Assembly (NCBI GenBank): GCA_023898665.1
Contig: CP060233.1
Span: 612,368 to 676,367 of the forward strand
Length of the DNA: 64,000 nt
From: Candidatus Nomurabacteria bacterium
GTDB lineage: Bacteria > Patescibacteriota > Saccharimonadia > Saccharimonadales > HK-STAS-PATE-42
Direction of reading: 5' to 3'
Shown here: in pieces, positions 62,822-64,000 of the stretch
Numbering within the stretch: position 1 is the first letter of the stretch
How the letters are laid out: each line of letters starts with the position of its first letter
The notes under the pieces: model-generated
The model's database searches: none
Seen by the model: only the letters and a program-made list of their open reading frames with translations
Told to the model about the DNA's origin: nothing
Program-made: the position numbers and the translations under genes

Positions 62822-64000
62822 AATCTCTTCAATAGTTGTCTCGCCGGCAAGGCATTTTAAGAGTCCAGCTTGATACATGGTTATCATCCCTTGCCTCTTC
62901 GCGGCATCTTCAAGCTGCTGGGATGTTGGTAATACTTCTTCGTTTAACAAAGCTCTTATTTCGTCACCGATAGTTAGCTCCTCTATGATCGAGGTCCTGC
63001 CTTTATAGCCAAAAGGATTTTCTTCTGATTTACCTGGTTTATACAATTGAAAGTTATTAAGATCTTGAGCTGGCTTAATGTCTGCTGGCAAATCTTTTAA
63101 ATGCTCTTGGAAGTGTTTTATTATATTAGGCTCTGGCTGATAAGGAGTGCGAGTAGCGGGATCCAAACTTCTTACTAAGCGCTGAGAAATTATTAGCTTT
63201 ACTGCAGAAGCAAATATAGGGTTTCTTCCCACAAGACCTAGCATTCTGCTCATAGCAGCTGAAGCTGAGGAAGCGTGGAAAGTTGATAATACTAGATGCC
63301 CAGTGATGGATGCTTGTAGGGCAGTATGGGCAGTGTCCTCGTCACGGATCTCACCGACCATAATGACATCAGGGTCAAGGCGTAAGACTGCCCTAAGCTT
63401 ACTGGCAAAGCTATCACCACTTCTTGTGTCTACCGGGATTTGACTCATCCCATCTAGGCCGTATTCGACAGGGTCTTCCAGGGTCATTAATTTCTTCTCT
63501 GGAGTATTAAGCCTCATCAACACAGAGTACAGCGTGGTTGTCTTACCAGACCCAGTTGGGCCTACTACTAGGACCATTCCGTGAGGGTGAGATATAACGT
63601 TATCAATTGGTGCACGCTCCCTTGAGTCGAGACCAAGCTTATCCAGGTCGAGTAAGTCGACATCAAAGTTAAAAAGACGCAGGACTGCATCCTGGCCATA
63701 AACAGTAGGAACCGTTTCTATACGCATGTTTAGAATGTCTTCTTGACCTTCTGGAGAAGTGACTCTCTCTGAAAGGTGACTAGTTTGAGCATCGTTTGAG
63801 CTTGAAGAGATGCCTGCCCTAACTGCAATACTCTGTTGCACATGATAGTACTTTTGGTGGGTTAATACTGCGATAACATGCAGCATGCCATCAATACGGA
63901 ATCGTACTCTTACAAAATCTCGAGCATTTTCGAAGTGGATATCAGACGCTGAGAGCTTATAGGCTTGGTTAATTATGTAGCTTAGAAGATCATCACTATT
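62807..64000 (-). CDS. pilB: type IV pilus assembly / type II secretion ATPase PilB/GspE (N-terminus outside window)
   Basis: The frame stays open past the track start to the window edge (..AYKLSASDIHFENARDFVRVRFRIDGMLHV..). Walker A GPTGSGKTTTL, VIMVGEIRD, His box TGHLVLSTFHA. Confidence 0.9.
   Translation of the reverse strand, partial: NSDDLLSYIINQAYKLSASDIHFENARDFVRVRFRIDGMLHVIAVLTHQKYYHVQQSIAVRAGISSSSNDAQTSHLSERVTSPEGQEDILNMRIETVPTVYGQDAVLRLFNFDVDLLDLDKLGLDSRERAPIDNVISHPHGMVLVVGPTGSGKTTTLYSVLMRLNTPEKKLMTLEDPVEYGLDGMSQIPVDTRSGDSFASKLRAVLRLDPDVIMVGEIRDEDTAHTALQASITGHLVLSTFHASSASAAMSRMLGLVGRNPIFASAVKLIISQRLVRSLDPATRTPYQPEPNIIKHFQEHLKDLPADIKPAQDLNNFQLYKPGKSEENPFGYKGRTSIIEELTIGDEIRALLNEEVLPTSQQLEDAAKRQGMITMYQAGLLKCLAGETTIEEINRVI

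Overview
This is a densely coding bacterial window with low G+C (30-38 % on the lines I sampled). It contains GatCAB, lower glycolysis (gap, a fused pgk-tpi, pyk), ComEC, a type IV pilin and PilB. It also has a Gram-positive-type VirB4 cluster, sortase-type surface proteins, three NUDIX hydrolases and almost no biosynthetic genes. That content fits a reduced-genome Patescibacteria/CPR organism, plausibly Saccharibacteria (inference only). I could call about 70 coding genes or gene remnants and 4 tRNAs: Gly-UCC, Phe-GAA, Gly-GCC and Thr-GGU. Two ribosomal protein genes are missing from the ORF track: rpmF at 12765..12941 and rpmH at 45092..45229. There are no rRNA genes, CRISPR arrays, transposases or integrases. 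Six signals deserve attention. (1) The palindromic octamer TAAGCTTA occurs 38 times by hand count, against about 2 expected, and its distribution is patchy. (2) A more GC-rich VirB4 operon (35340..44510) carries amidase, glucosaminidase-like, CHAP and M15 cell-wall-cleaving domains and has no relaxase or coupling protein in view. (3) A tRNA-bounded accessory island (52030..58412) holds a decayed dapF, frameshifted genes and two cassette-like units that share conserved flanks around different cargo genes. (4) A WhiB-like regulator appears in a non-actinobacterial context. (5) A PilB-family paralogue has lost every ATPase motif. (6) A family-5 solute-binding protein is interrupted by a single in-frame TGA. 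All product calls rest on motifs I recognised by eye, and no database search was run.
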